DNA from: Hellea sp.
Lineage (GTDB): Bacteria; Pseudomonadota; Alphaproteobacteria; Caulobacterales; Maricaulaceae
Assembly: GCA_039977295.1 (NCBI GenBank)
Contig: JBDWDN010000009.1
Location: forward strand, 337,717 to 401,716
Length of the DNA: 64,000 nucleotides
Direction: 5' to 3'
This document shows, piece after piece, positions 39,984 to 48,903 of the stretch; position 1 is the first letter of the stretch; each line of letters begins with the position of its first letter. The position numbers and the translations under genes were made by a program. Below the pieces are notes generated by a model. The model saw nothing but the letters and a program-made list of their open reading frames with translations. It made no database searches and was not told where the DNA came from.

Positions 39984-41108
39984 TTAAACGATAAATAGGT
40001 TGTCCTTAGCCCTGATATACAATTCATTCCGCGTGACGACCTCCTCCCAATTCTTATGGGGCTTTGGAGCGCGGTACATGTTCGTTTGCCTACAGTAATA
40101 GCCGTCCACGCCCGTCATCATCCGCATCGTATCGGTGGCCGCTGCTTTCACGCCGTCATCCGTGACCCGCGCGCCCAAATAATAATCATTACCTGGCCAC
40201 GACACATGATCCCAGGCGACAAAGCTATAAAGCTCACAATCACTAAAATCAGTTGAGCTATCTCCTCCCAAAACCTCAGGCTTGCAGAGCTGACTTTTGC
40301 CGGGGTTATAAGGCGCCAAAGGCCTTATCATAAATTCGATATTCTTTATCCTGTGGGTCTCATTCACGCATTCATTATAGGGGTCATAATAGACGGCTTT
40401 AATGCCGCAAAACTTATCTCCATGCGTTTCGAGAAAGCGCATAAGCGCTGCCCTAAAGATATGCCCCATCTGCCCCTTAAAAGGGCCTGCAAACTGACCA
40501 CAGCCCATGCCGGGAATAGTTACAAATGCAGGACGGCCTCGCGCAATGGCGAGGCAATCAATATAGCTAAAGGCGGGAAGAAACCTGCGCTCATAAAGCT
40601 GGTAATATTTATCTTTGTCATAGTCATCATCCGCTGTTACCGCGTGCCAGTCCGCGGGAATATGCCCTCGGTCATTTCTTAGCAGCGCGCCGGGCGTATA
40701 GATCAGATGGCCCGTAAAAGGCGGGCTGTGCGTGAAGGGGTTTTCATGCGCGCCATTGTCATAAACCGTCACCGCCATCCCAATGCTGAAATCCCCTAAT
40801 AGACCTAGCTCAGTCAGCGTCCAATCCGACCCATCACCAACAACTTGGCTCTCCGCAAAAATCTGAGGCGTCTTACTATTAATGAGGATCGATAGGAGCT
40901 GCCACTTATCAAGGGTTTTGAGATCGAAGCTTCTTGCACCTCTACCGCGAGGCTCGAGAGCGCTTATTCCTTCAGCCAGCCTTGCGCCGTAAGGTCCGCC
41001 TTGGTTAAGACTAACCGCATATTGTTCTATACGGGCTAACGTCTCCTTGCTGAGAATTATAGAATAGTCACGTTCTGAATTTTGCATAGTTTTAACGGGC
41101 GATGCCAT
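39984..41108 (-). CDS. hypothetical protein (~374 aa) translationally coupled to ferredoxin-like gene
   Basis: Its ATG lies 1 nt after the ferredoxin-like gene's stop. It contains several conserved-looking Cys/His/Trp clusters (IPGMGCGQFAGP, FVAWDHVSWPGNDYY) but no motif I can assign. Confidence 0.4.
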   Translation of the reverse strand: MASPVKTMQNSERDYSIILSKETLARIEQYAVSLNQGGPYGARLAEGISALEPRGRGARSFDLKTLDKWQLLSILINSKTPQIFAESQVVGDGSDWTLTELGLLGDFSIGMAVTVYDNGAHENPFTHSPPFTGHLIYTPGALLRNDRGHIPADWHAVTADDDYDKDKYYQLYERRFLPAFSYIDCLAIARGRPAFVTIPGMGCGQFAGPFKGQMGHIFRAALMRFLETHGDKFCGIKAVYYDPYNECVNETHRIKNIEFMIRPLAPYNPGKSQLCKPEVLGGDSSTDFSDCELYSFVAWDHVSWPGNDYYLGARVTDDGVKAAATDTMRMMTGVDGYYCRQTNMYRAPKPHKNWEEVVTRNELYIRAKDNLFIV

Positions 41109-41109
41109 C

Positions 41110-41448
41110 TCATCCGTTGAAATTAGATTTCGCGGCAATATAGCTTTCATAACATAGGCAGTCTTGGCCAGAACATATATTACCATTGCGCTCATGACAG
41201 GTAGTAATCATAGAAAAATACTTTTTCAGCCTATCATCAGGGCCTCTATAATTTATGCAATCAACCATACAAACTCTGGCGGCCCGAAATACCTTCTTCA
41301 TATCATCGTCTGTTTTTGGTTGCTGCTTCACAAAAGAACTATCGTTTGGAGGCAAAGTAAATAGATCAGGAGCAACGCTTGAACAGCATCCACACGTAAG
41401 GCATTCATCTTGCTCTATGAAAACATCACCTTGCTCTTTTTTATGCAT
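41110..41448 (-). CDS. ferredoxin-like protein (single [4Fe-4S]-type Cys cluster) with Cys-rich C-terminal extension
   Basis: DECLTCGCCSSVAP...C pattern resembles divergent mono-cluster ferredoxins. There are more Cys at the C-terminus (CINY...C...CSGQDCLC). Confidence 0.4.
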   Translation of the reverse strand: MHKKEQGDVFIEQDECLTCGCCSSVAPDLFTLPPNDSSFVKQQPKTDDDMKKVFRAARVCMVDCINYRGPDDRLKKYFSMITTCHERNGNICSGQDCLCYESYIAAKSNFNG

Positions 41449-41770
41449 TATTCAGGCCCTACAGATCATTTTGTTCTAAGCTTCAACCGATAAGCTAAAT
41501 AATCAGATATCATAAACTTATCCTGTTTCTTCGCCCAAGTCTAACGCCGCGTTATCCAGCGATATTCATATGGTGTAATAACCCGTTTAACTATCCCAAA
41601 ACCGCTATCTCTTTGAATCGTCGGATACCCCTAACGCGCTAAGACACCTATGCTGAACTCGCCTGTCAGGCGATGCCTATTTCAGAAAAAGTCATGAGGG
41701 ATAATCTCCTTGCCTGTGCATTAAACCGAATTTAGACATGCTATCATCGTCTCAACATTAAGGGCACATC

Positions 41771-44281
41771 ATGAAAAAATTAGCGTCACTTTCTCTGTTT
41801 GTAAGCGTTGCCGCGCTTTCTACCCTTTTAATAGCTGATCCCTGGAAAGCCTATGCCAGTGAGCTGCCAAAAACATCTCAAGATTCACCTGGGGCGGATG
41901 ATGGTGATAAAGGCGGCGATAAGGACAAAGATGACGATGAGAAAAAGTCGAAAATTAAGCCCTATAAAGACATTGTTACAGATAAAGCTGTAACGCGCGA
42001 AGGCGTCTTCACCACCCATTTAGTTGACGGGAAAGTTTATTTCGAAATTCCCGAGGATCAATTTGGACGCGAATTCGTGTGGCAGGTAAAAGTTGCGGGA
42101 ATACAGACCGGCAAAGGCACCATCAGTACCGATAGCGCGCGGCAATATGTGTATTTTGAGCGGGTTGGCGATGAGGTCCTTTTACGGGCGCGGGACTATT
42201 CTGTTGTTTCAAAAGAGGGCGAACCCGAAACCTTTGTTGTTAAGAAGACAGATCTAGACGCCATTTTGGTAAAAATGAGCATCGTCGCCTTTCACGATGA
42301 CGGCAAAACCGAGCACGGAAAGAATACGCCGCTCATTGACATGACCGCCGCTTTTACGGGCAAGGTCAAAGGGCTTGAAGGCTTGCGCCGCGGTAAAATG
42401 GACACAAAGGCGTCGGTCATCAAAGAGGTGAAAGCCTTTGAAACCAATATCGAAGCCCGCGTCTTAGGGAAATTTGAAGTCAAGCCGGCCCCTTTGCGGC
42501 CGGGGCAACCTAAACCCGAAAGACCGCCGGAGCCCGAAGACGTCACCGCAGAAATTCGTCATTCAATTTTGGCCCTCCCCGAGACGCTAATGAAACCTCG
42601 CCATTATAATCACCGTGTGGGTTTCTTTGATGCGCGCTATCAGGATTATACCGGCGAGAAAAACAAAGTTCAGGAAAAGCGCTTCATCAAGCGCTGGCGT
42701 CTTGAGAAGAAAAACCCAAAGGCGGCGGTCAGTGAACCCGTCGAGCCGATTGTCTGGTATATTGATCGCGGCACGCCCACACGTTATATCGAAGCCACAC
42801 GCGAGGGCATCGAGTTTTGGCAAGAGGCCTTTGAGCAAGCTGGGTTTAAAAACGCGATCATCGCCAAAATGGCGCCAACAGTAGAAGAAGATCCAGATTG
42901 GGATCCCGAAGATGCGCGCTATGCTGTTATTCGCTGGGTGCCATCTTCTATCCCGAACGCCCAGGGGCCGCATGTCGCCGATCCGAGGACCGGCGAAATC
43001 ATCGAAGCGGATGTGCGCATGTATCACAATGTCATTAAGCTGGTTGAGGAATGGTATTTTGCGCAGGCGGGCGCCACGGATCCGCGCGCGGCTAAGCTGC
43101 CCCTGCCCGATGATGTCATGTCAGATTTAGTGCGCTTTGTCGTGGCCCATGAAGTTGGCCACTCTATTGGCCTTCACCATAATTTCATCGGCTCAAACGC
43201 CTATACAGTTGATCAATTGCGCGATCCCGAATTTGTCGCAAAGAACGGTGTGGCCTCATCCATCATGGATTATGCCCGCTTCAACTATGTCATGCAGCCA
43301 GAGGACGGCGTCTCGCCCATTGATTATGTGCCAGGGCCTTATGATAAATTTGCTGTTGAGTGGGGCTATACTGAGTTCCCCGGCGATCTAAGCGCGGAGG
43401 AGGAAATTTCTTTCCTCAATAAGATCGCAGATCGCCAGCTTGATAATCCGGCTTATCGTTGGGACAGCTATTCCGACGATGCGAAATGGGATCCTCGCAT
43501 CCAGACCGAAGATATTGGCAATGACGCTATAGAGGCCACCCGCCTGGGCATGCTGAACTTAGAGCGCATTATGAATAATCTGGTCGATGCCGCGACTTAT
43601 GAACCTGGGCAAGGCTATGAAGAACTCGGCGTCGCCTACCGGGCACTCGCCAGCCAATATGGCCGCGAGCTTGGCCATGTCACAAAATATGTCGGCGGCT
43701 CGGTCTATCGCCGCGAACTGGCTCAAGGGCAAAAGCAAACAGAAGTCTATGACAGCTACCCCCTTGCTAAACAGCAAGAGGCTCTCGACTTCCTCAAAGA
43801 TAACGCCTTCAAACTCCCCGAGTTCTGGCGTGACCCAGACGTTCTGCAGCGCATTGGTCATGACACCTATATGAACACCGTGACCCGTTTTGGGGATCGC
43901 ACGCTTACGCGGCTCACCTCCCCTGAGTTGATCGCGCATATGATAGAGCAGCGAGAAGGCGGGCTAGAAACATATGGTCCTGTCAAATTATTTAGCGAAG
44001 TGCGCGGCGCCTTATTTGAGGAAGCTCGTGGCAGAGATAAAAATGTCTCTGCCTATCGCCGTCATCTACAATCAAGTTTCGTCAATATGATGATTAAAAG
44101 TCTCGAGCCGTCAAAAGATAATAACAGCAAGGCGGTTACGGAAGACTATAGAGCCCTCGCCCGCGCGTCACTCGTTGTCCTTCAAAAGGAGTTAAAACCT
44201 GCCTCAAGGATGGATAATTTGGCGGGTATGCATTTTGCAAATCTAGCCGCAAAAATCGACAAGGCTCTCGCGATAGATTAA
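41771..44281 (+). CDS. secreted zinc metalloprotease (HExxH; DUF5117/DUF4953-type)
   Basis: Signal peptide; VVAHEVGHSIGLHHNF zincin motif; 836 aa. Confidence 0.75.
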   Translation: MKKLASLSLFVSVAALSTLLIADPWKAYASELPKTSQDSPGADDGDKGGDKDKDDDEKKSKIKPYKDIVTDKAVTREGVFTTHLVDGKVYFEIPEDQFGREFVWQVKVAGIQTGKGTISTDSARQYVYFERVGDEVLLRARDYSVVSKEGEPETFVVKKTDLDAILVKMSIVAFHDDGKTEHGKNTPLIDMTAAFTGKVKGLEGLRRGKMDTKASVIKEVKAFETNIEARVLGKFEVKPAPLRPGQPKPERPPEPEDVTAEIRHSILALPETLMKPRHYNHRVGFFDARYQDYTGEKNKVQEKRFIKRWRLEKKNPKAAVSEPVEPIVWYIDRGTPTRYIEATREGIEFWQEAFEQAGFKNAIIAKMAPTVEEDPDWDPEDARYAVIRWVPSSIPNAQGPHVADPRTGEIIEADVRMYHNVIKLVEEWYFAQAGATDPRAAKLPLPDDVMSDLVRFVVAHEVGHSIGLHHNFIGSNAYTVDQLRDPEFVAKNGVASSIMDYARFNYVMQPEDGVSPIDYVPGPYDKFAVEWGYTEFPGDLSAEEEISFLNKIADRQLDNPAYRWDSYSDDAKWDPRIQTEDIGNDAIEATRLGMLNLERIMNNLVDAATYEPGQGYEELGVAYRALASQYGRELGHVTKYVGGSVYRRELAQGQKQTEVYDSYPLAKQQEALDFLKDNAFKLPEFWRDPDVLQRIGHDTYMNTVTRFGDRTLTRLTSPELIAHMIEQREGGLETYGPVKLFSEVRGALFEEARGRDKNVSAYRRHLQSSFVNMMIKSLEPSKDNNSKAVTEDYRALARASLVVLQKELKPASRMDNLAGMHFANLAAKIDKALAID

Positions 44282-44316
44282 GGCCCAAAGTGAGGTTGCT
44301 TGGGCAAAAAAGATAT

Positions 44317-44349
44317 CCCCGCAAATACCGAAATGGGCTTTTTGCGGGG
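44317..44349 (+). terminator. stem-loop downstream of metalloprotease gene (CCCCGCAA...TTGCGGGG)
   Basis: 8-bp GC-rich inverted repeat ~35 nt after the stop, with a TTTTT run inside the 3' arm. The loop is long (17 nt), so the call is weak. Confidence 0.25.
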
Positions 44350-44497
44350 CAAACACCGTGGGATTACAGGGAATAACGGCTAACAAATCTACCCTCAATT
44401 CGATTATTTTGCCGCCCAATAGATCAAAGCGCACATAAAAATAGGAAATGCCGCTCCAGAAATTTGCCGGATAGGATTTTTCCTATATCTAGATGGC

Positions 44498-44953
44498 ATG
44501 ACCGAACTCATCACCTCCAAAATCACTGCCCTACAAGAACATAGCCACGCCCTAGACTGCTCAGCAACTCTCATCCCCCAGCCGCGCCGCGCCGTCATCA
44601 CCGCCAATAAATGCGCGGTTGAGGCTCTGCGGGAAACGCTCCCTTATGCGGGCGATGATTTCAATGCTGAGGCCCTGCTGACGCGCCACCTCGCCGATAT
44701 AGGCCATGACCTAGAAGACTGCGCGGAGGCCATTAAAACCTTGCGCAAAAAGTCTCCTACACAGTTCTTTGAGATCGAAACTCTAAGAGAGAGGTTACTC
44801 GATCAACAGCATAGCGAGAAACGGATTAGATGGGATAAGCGCGGCGCAGCAAAATTGACGCCCGCGCAGCAGAGGACGCTGAACGCGATGCGCGAGGAGG
44901 CGCGGCAAGATAAACGGGATGCGGCGGAACTAGCAGAGACGCGCGAAGCTTAG
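44498..44953 (+). CDS. hypothetical protein (151 aa), charged/helical
   Basis: No recognisable motif. Confidence 0.3.
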   Translation: MTELITSKITALQEHSHALDCSATLIPQPRRAVITANKCAVEALRETLPYAGDDFNAEALLTRHLADIGHDLEDCAEAIKTLRKKSPTQFFEIETLRERLLDQQHSEKRIRWDKRGAAKLTPAQQRTLNAMREEARQDKRDAAELAETREA

Positions 44954-45134
44954 GCGGTCGGTCCTTAAACCCGTAAACCCCTCTTCTCCGAATTCAACAT
45001 CGGCGATAAGTTATCGCGGTTGAATGTTATTTGCCAAGAATTCTGACGGCCCGTTTATTAGCCTAGTCTGACGATGAGAACGTTTGGACAAATATGGGGG
45101 TCAATTGATGACATCTGCTCCGAACCAGATTTTG

Positions 45135-46340
45135 CTAAACTTTTTCTGCCCGAACATTCACGGGATCATACCCTTCGACATCCGCAATCCTATCTCGCGC
45201 CGACTCATCTATGTCCGCGTCATCCGAGATATATCTAGGTTCACCTAAGGGCAGATATAGTCCAAGGAGTGAGCGCTTTTTGGGCCATTCTTTTAAGGCG
45301 CTGAGTTTGGGTATAATTTCTAAGAGCCACCAAGGACCTTTGAGCGAGTTGTGATCACGGGCTTTGTGATCTTTCTTTGGATATTTGTATTTCGTCGTGT
45401 CTGTGTAAAGTTTTTCTCCCGTCACGTAATCTGCCATGCGGTCGAAGACAATGAGCCCGGCGGCTTTTGCCTCAGCGATCATCCAGATGAGCGGAAATTG
45501 CGACAAGCCGCTATCAACCCTTTTATGGCCGCCGCCTATATCGCTATGATAGCCTGCAAACCAACGCTGCTTTACGTCTTGCTTTGGCGCGTCGCCCGCC
45601 GCGTAAAATTGGGGTTTATAGTCTTGCCCTTCTTCCCACGGTTCTAAGCGAAACATGCGGCGCCGTTCATCAATCGCGGCAGCTTGCCGAAAAAATTCGA
45701 CGGCTGGGTTATTGGCCGTATGCGGTAATTTTTCGAGTTTGAAGGGCGGCCAAAACAAGTTTTTGTAATTGGGGATAATGACGGAGCTGACGGTATCCCA
45801 AAGACCTAAAAATTTTATGGCCGCGTTATGGGGGCGCATTACGCGCCGAAAATTTGCGCCGTTCCCTTCATATTCTCGCTTAAAATCTTCCTCTGGCAGT
45901 CCGGCCGGCCTAGCGCCTCTTATGGGGCTGGCCTGTTTATAGGCGGTTAGCGCGGCCCCGGATAAATGGACTTGGCGGCGTTTTAAAATGCCAATCTCAT
46001 AGACCATACCCGCCAATACGCGCGCCGTATGCGCCCCGCGGCTAAAGCCGAAAATATAGACATCATCGTCTTTTTCGTAATGACGGATTAAGAATTCATA
46101 AGCCCGAATAACATTTGCATCCAGCCCCACCCCGAACCCCATGCCCAGAACAGCATTATTAAGGTGTTGTTTCCAAAGGCCCCATGTATCCGTTCGCCCT
46201 AGCGTGCCAACGCCTTGATCATAAAATGTGACTTGGTCTTTGTTTTTCTTGAGAGAGCGATAGAGTTTGAGAACATTCGAAATATTCTCTTCGATCTGGT
46301 TACCCGTTCCGTCTAAACAGATGACGATATTTTTTGGCAT
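45135..46340 (-). CDS. DUF2235 alpha/beta-hydrolase (T6SS Tle1-like phospholipase family)
   Basis: N-terminal IVICLDGTGNQ motif and GFSRGAHTAR (GxSxG), diagnostic of DUF2235/Tle1-type hydrolases. No signal peptide. Confidence 0.65.
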   Translation of the reverse strand: MPKNIVICLDGTGNQIEENISNVLKLYRSLKKNKDQVTFYDQGVGTLGRTDTWGLWKQHLNNAVLGMGFGVGLDANVIRAYEFLIRHYEKDDDVYIFGFSRGAHTARVLAGMVYEIGILKRRQVHLSGAALTAYKQASPIRGARPAGLPEEDFKREYEGNGANFRRVMRPHNAAIKFLGLWDTVSSVIIPNYKNLFWPPFKLEKLPHTANNPAVEFFRQAAAIDERRRMFRLEPWEEGQDYKPQFYAAGDAPKQDVKQRWFAGYHSDIGGGHKRVDSGLSQFPLIWMIAEAKAAGLIVFDRMADYVTGEKLYTDTTKYKYPKKDHKARDHNSLKGPWWLLEIIPKLSALKEWPKKRSLLGLYLPLGEPRYISDDADIDESARDRIADVEGYDPVNVRAEKV

Positions 46341-46525
46341 AATTGCCCCCGTTTTTTGATGTCTCCGTTCTCACGCTGCCCCCAACAGTGCTATTTATAG
46401 TAGTCACCTTGACTGAAATTACCAGAAGTGATTTGCGTAATATCTAAACCTTAAATTCACTGGACTTCAAATTTAGCGATTGATAGCGTTCTGAGGGATG
46501 TCATTAAAATGTCGTGAGGGTCATT

Positions 46526-46777
46526 ATGTTAAATATTCGGATTTTGCTATTGTGTCTATTCGCATACCCGCTCAGCATTCTAACGGCCTCCGCGCAGAGT
46601 TTGCCTTCGGTTGATAGCTTCTTCACGAAGCAGACAGCCGATAGTTATAATTTGTCCCCAGACGACAAACACATAGCCATTGTCAATAATAGCGGCTATG
46701 GCCTCTCTGTTCTGGTGATTGATACGCTTGGTAAAAAGCCGGCAGGCTTTCGATTTGAAACCAAAAATAGAGTGTAA
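46526..46777 (+). CDS. small secreted protein (83 aa)
   Basis: Signal peptide; track start is a GTG, and an ATG at 46526 follows a GAGGG RBS. Confidence 0.3.
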   Translation: MLNIRILLLCLFAYPLSILTASAQSLPSVDSFFTKQTADSYNLSPDDKHIAIVNNSGYGLSVLVIDTLGKKPAGFRFETKNRV

Positions 46778-46854
46778 AAAAAGCGAAATAAATCCGCCTT
46801 TTCAAAATTATGTAGCTGTTTGGGAGGGATGAATTTCATCCCTCTCCTGAGGCG

Positions 46855-48165
46855 TTACTGAACCAATGCTTCTAATTTTGCGAGCCGTGCTTCTTGAGCA
46901 TCAAGACGAGCTTGCATTTTCTTTTTCTCTGCATTGACTTGCGCAATATAGATATGCGCTTTTTCAAGCTCATTCAGCATGCCTGTCACCTTATCGCTTA
47001 AATTGATGGGTCCAGTTTGTGTTGGGCCAACAACAGGGAGATATTTCTTATCAAACATCAATTCGGCATGCTCTTCAATTGACGGCAAGTCATAATCAGC
47101 ATCAAATACAGCGTCACAGCCAGAGCTACATGAGCCTTGAGTTGTGATCGTCCCCTGAATGGTTACATTGCCACTGGCATCCATCATAAATTCAGGCGTG
47201 CCGCCATCGTCGAGCGCCAAAATGATCCGATTTGAAGCCAATAACATTCCGCCATCCGTGGCAGAATTAGCCTCGCTTAATTGAATACCAGCACCTGCTC
47301 CGCCATTTGCAACTGTAATTTGCGGGCCTGCAATTGTAAGGTTCCCGTCAGTATCCAAAATCATCTCTGGATTTCCGCCATCGTCGATGGCCAGTATAAG
47401 CCGGTTGCTCGCCAATAATAAGCCAGCATTATTAGTGGAACCAGACTCACTAAACTGAATCCCCGCGCCGCCTGTGCCTGAGTTTTCGATATTTATTTTA
47501 TCGCCTCTGACGTCGAGTGGTTCGCTCGGAGCGTCCGTGCCTAAACCCACATGACCCGACGCGGCTATAAAAATGGAATCTTCTGGTGCGTTAGGTTTCG
47601 CCCTGAAAAATAACTTACTACCATTCGTTACATCCCGAATGAAAAAGTTAGATTCATTTGCGGCGAGATCATATGTTTGCGGTGTGAACCCGTCAGACCC
47701 GTCTTGCTCTAATCGCATTGTCGGCGTGTTGCCCTCAACGATATGCAGATCAACGACAGGCGTAGAGGTTTTAATACCGACATCTCCGTCGTCTTCTACG
47801 TAGAGCGTATTAATCGGAGCCCCTGCTTCGATGGTAAACGGGCGTCGCCCCGCTGTAGCGTCTTCTACGGCGAATAAATTAGCGCCGCCATTCGATGTTT
47901 CATTGGCAACAATACGCCAATCATTTCCTGGAAAGCTTGCTGACGCGGATGTGTCATCGAAATGAATACGCAAATTGTTCTCTTTGAGCCTCAACGTATC
48001 AAAGCCAAAGCTTTCGCCGTTAACGCAATCAAAGCCAACACACAGGCTTCCCTGCACGATAACGTCCGTCGTAAAGACTTGGGCGGCGGCGGGTGCCGCG
48101 AGAAAACTTGCTGAGAGAAAAGCTAAGACCGCTGCGGAAGTTTTTGATTTTTTATAAAATGTCAT
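46855..48165 (-). CDS. secreted repeat protein with tail-fibre-like internal duplications and C-terminal coiled coil
   Basis: Signal peptide. Duplicated ~45-aa unit (LLLASNRLILAIDDGGNPEMILDTDGNLTIAGP / MLLASNRIILALDDGGTPEFMMDASGNVTIQG). C-terminal heptad coiled coil ...AQVNAEKKKMQARLDAQEARLAKLEALVQ. Confidence 0.45.
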   Translation of the reverse strand: MTFYKKSKTSAAVLAFLSASFLAAPAAAQVFTTDVIVQGSLCVGFDCVNGESFGFDTLRLKENNLRIHFDDTSASASFPGNDWRIVANETSNGGANLFAVEDATAGRRPFTIEAGAPINTLYVEDDGDVGIKTSTPVVDLHIVEGNTPTMRLEQDGSDGFTPQTYDLAANESNFFIRDVTNGSKLFFRAKPNAPEDSIFIAASGHVGLGTDAPSEPLDVRGDKINIENSGTGGAGIQFSESGSTNNAGLLLASNRLILAIDDGGNPEMILDTDGNLTIAGPQITVANGGAGAGIQLSEANSATDGGMLLASNRIILALDDGGTPEFMMDASGNVTIQGTITTQGSCSSGCDAVFDADYDLPSIEEHAELMFDKKYLPVVGPTQTGPINLSDKVTGMLNELEKAHIYIAQVNAEKKKMQARLDAQEARLAKLEALVQ

Positions 48166-48174
48166 GATGCGCCC

Positions 48175-48636
48175 CTATCGACCAAATGGTGAAAGACTGG
48201 ATTTCTTAGGCCCTGTAGCCGCTTCTTCAACAGCGCCGTCCGGCGCTACTATTGAACCGTTGAGAACTCTAAAGGTGCCTGACTCTGTCATGGACTTATT
48301 TACAAATTGTCGCGCGGCATCACCGCGTCCATTATTTAGTCCCATAGGATTGGCTTCAACACGCTCACTCGTCGCGCCTGTCAGTTCCCAATTATAAAGA
48401 CCATCGGCCAAACTACCATTTTGTGAGAGTGACATGAAGGGTGATTGAAACTCAGAAAAACTCTTAGAGTAGTAATCGTTCGGACCTGTGACGGTCATTG
48501 TCATATTAGACATCTTAACAGAAGGGTTTGCCCTAAGGGTGCTTCCGCCAAATGCCGGGTCGGCCGCTAAAGCGCCGCTCGCCGGAAGGAGAAACGCCAT
48601 AGCAGCGGCCCCTATCAGAGTTTTTCGGTATGTCAT
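48175..48636 (-). CDS. small secreted protein (153 aa), co-operonic with the repeat protein
   Basis: Signal peptide with AXA site (ALAADP). 9-bp gap to the downstream gene. Confidence 0.35.
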   Translation of the reverse strand: MTYRKTLIGAAAMAFLLPASGALAADPAFGGSTLRANPSVKMSNMTMTVTGPNDYYSKSFSEFQSPFMSLSQNGSLADGLYNWELTGATSERVEANPMGLNNGRGDAARQFVNKSMTESGTFRVLNGSIVAPDGAVEEAATGPKKSSLSPFGR

Positions 48637-48809
48637 AATCTAGCCTCCTATGTCGCAGCCATGCTGCAATAGTCCAATGACTCGGGAGATGTTTATAGCA
48701 ATTAGTTTAGCACGCCCGCGCCGTTGGCGATATCAAAAGACAGGGTTGCCCTTCAATAAATCCAAAGTCAACTTGTATGAAGTGCGAAGAATTGTCAATA
48801 TCGCAAACA

Positions 48810-48830
48810 ACTAGATTTCCTCTAGATTGT
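48810..48830. promoter_or_regulatory. tandem CTAGATT direct repeats (two CTAG-core palindromes 11 bp apart) upstream of permease-ASPIC gene
   Basis: AACTAGATTTCCTCTAGATTG sits ~80 bp upstream of the ATG at 48904, with one helical turn of spacing. Confidence 0.25.
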
Positions 48831-48903
48831 AGAGCCCACCCCGTTGCAAGCTTGCTTACTCAATGAGGGTGTGCAAAATAAAAGCCGAGTTTTTAGGCGC
48901 AAT

